Of a stretch of 37,498 bases of DNA, positions 37,237 to 37,498 are shown one piece after another. The notes under the pieces were generated by a model. The model was not told where the DNA came from and searched no databases. It worked only from the letters and a program-made list of their open reading frames with translations. The DNA lies in NCBI GenBank assembly GCA_046861385.1, contig JBHHTW010000023.1, positions 1-37,498 of the forward strand, given 5' to 3'. Source of the DNA: Fidelibacterota bacterium (GTDB lineage: Bacteria > Fidelibacterota > Marinisomatia > Marinisomatales > TCS55). Each line of letters begins with the position of its first letter. The first letter of the stretch is position 1. Position numbers and translations under genes: made by a program.

Positions 37237-37498
37237 TAAGAAATTTGATGTTGTCTTTCCTGGAATTAGTTAAGTAACCATCTACTATTTCCATTGATTA
37301 TTAGTTCTGATAGCGTCGCGTTAGGGTTGTTTTCTCACTTGATTATAGTTTTAGGGAGGGACAGGTTATACCAAAATATCCCCATGAAACCCTCTTTTAT
37401 AAGGAATTAATATTATCAATTTCCGATTATTATAGTATCCTTATTTTATTGCATAATCAGAATATATTTGTTTACATTCATTTGTTATTTAATCATAT

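Overview
Bacterial chromosomal window, most likely from an FCB-group marine lineage such as Ca. Marinimicrobia/Marinisomatota (inferred from gene content and style; not verifiable here). It has four blocks. (1) 130-13970 (+): an envelope locus with two proteins carrying T9SS/FlgD-like C-terminal sorting domains, two lipoproteins, a TonB-dependent receptor and a PorV/PorQ-like barrel, with no recognisable SusD or CAZyme. One cargo protein fuses a CxxCH cytochrome c domain to four double-OB-fold repeats of the kind found in extracellular nucleases. This is the best candidate for an undescribed system: a SusD-less, possibly nucleic-acid-directed capture/uptake locus. (2) 14095-17466 (+): YjbH-like barrel, Nudix hydrolase, queG, elbB, Rieske ferredoxin. 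(3) 17463-25957 (-): rne/rng-rplU-rpmA, mdh, and an ECF sigma / HEAT-repeat anti-sigma operon with three exported beta-solenoid proteins. (4) 26213-36789 (+): metH-thrA-asd-thrB-thrC-metB-like operon. It is headed by a sigma70 promoter and a SAM-II riboswitch wired to a terminator/antiterminator, and followed by a frameshifted relic of a second, diverged metH 3' end. No rRNA, tRNA, CRISPR, transposase or integrase was seen. All product calls come from motif recognition by eye, not database searches.
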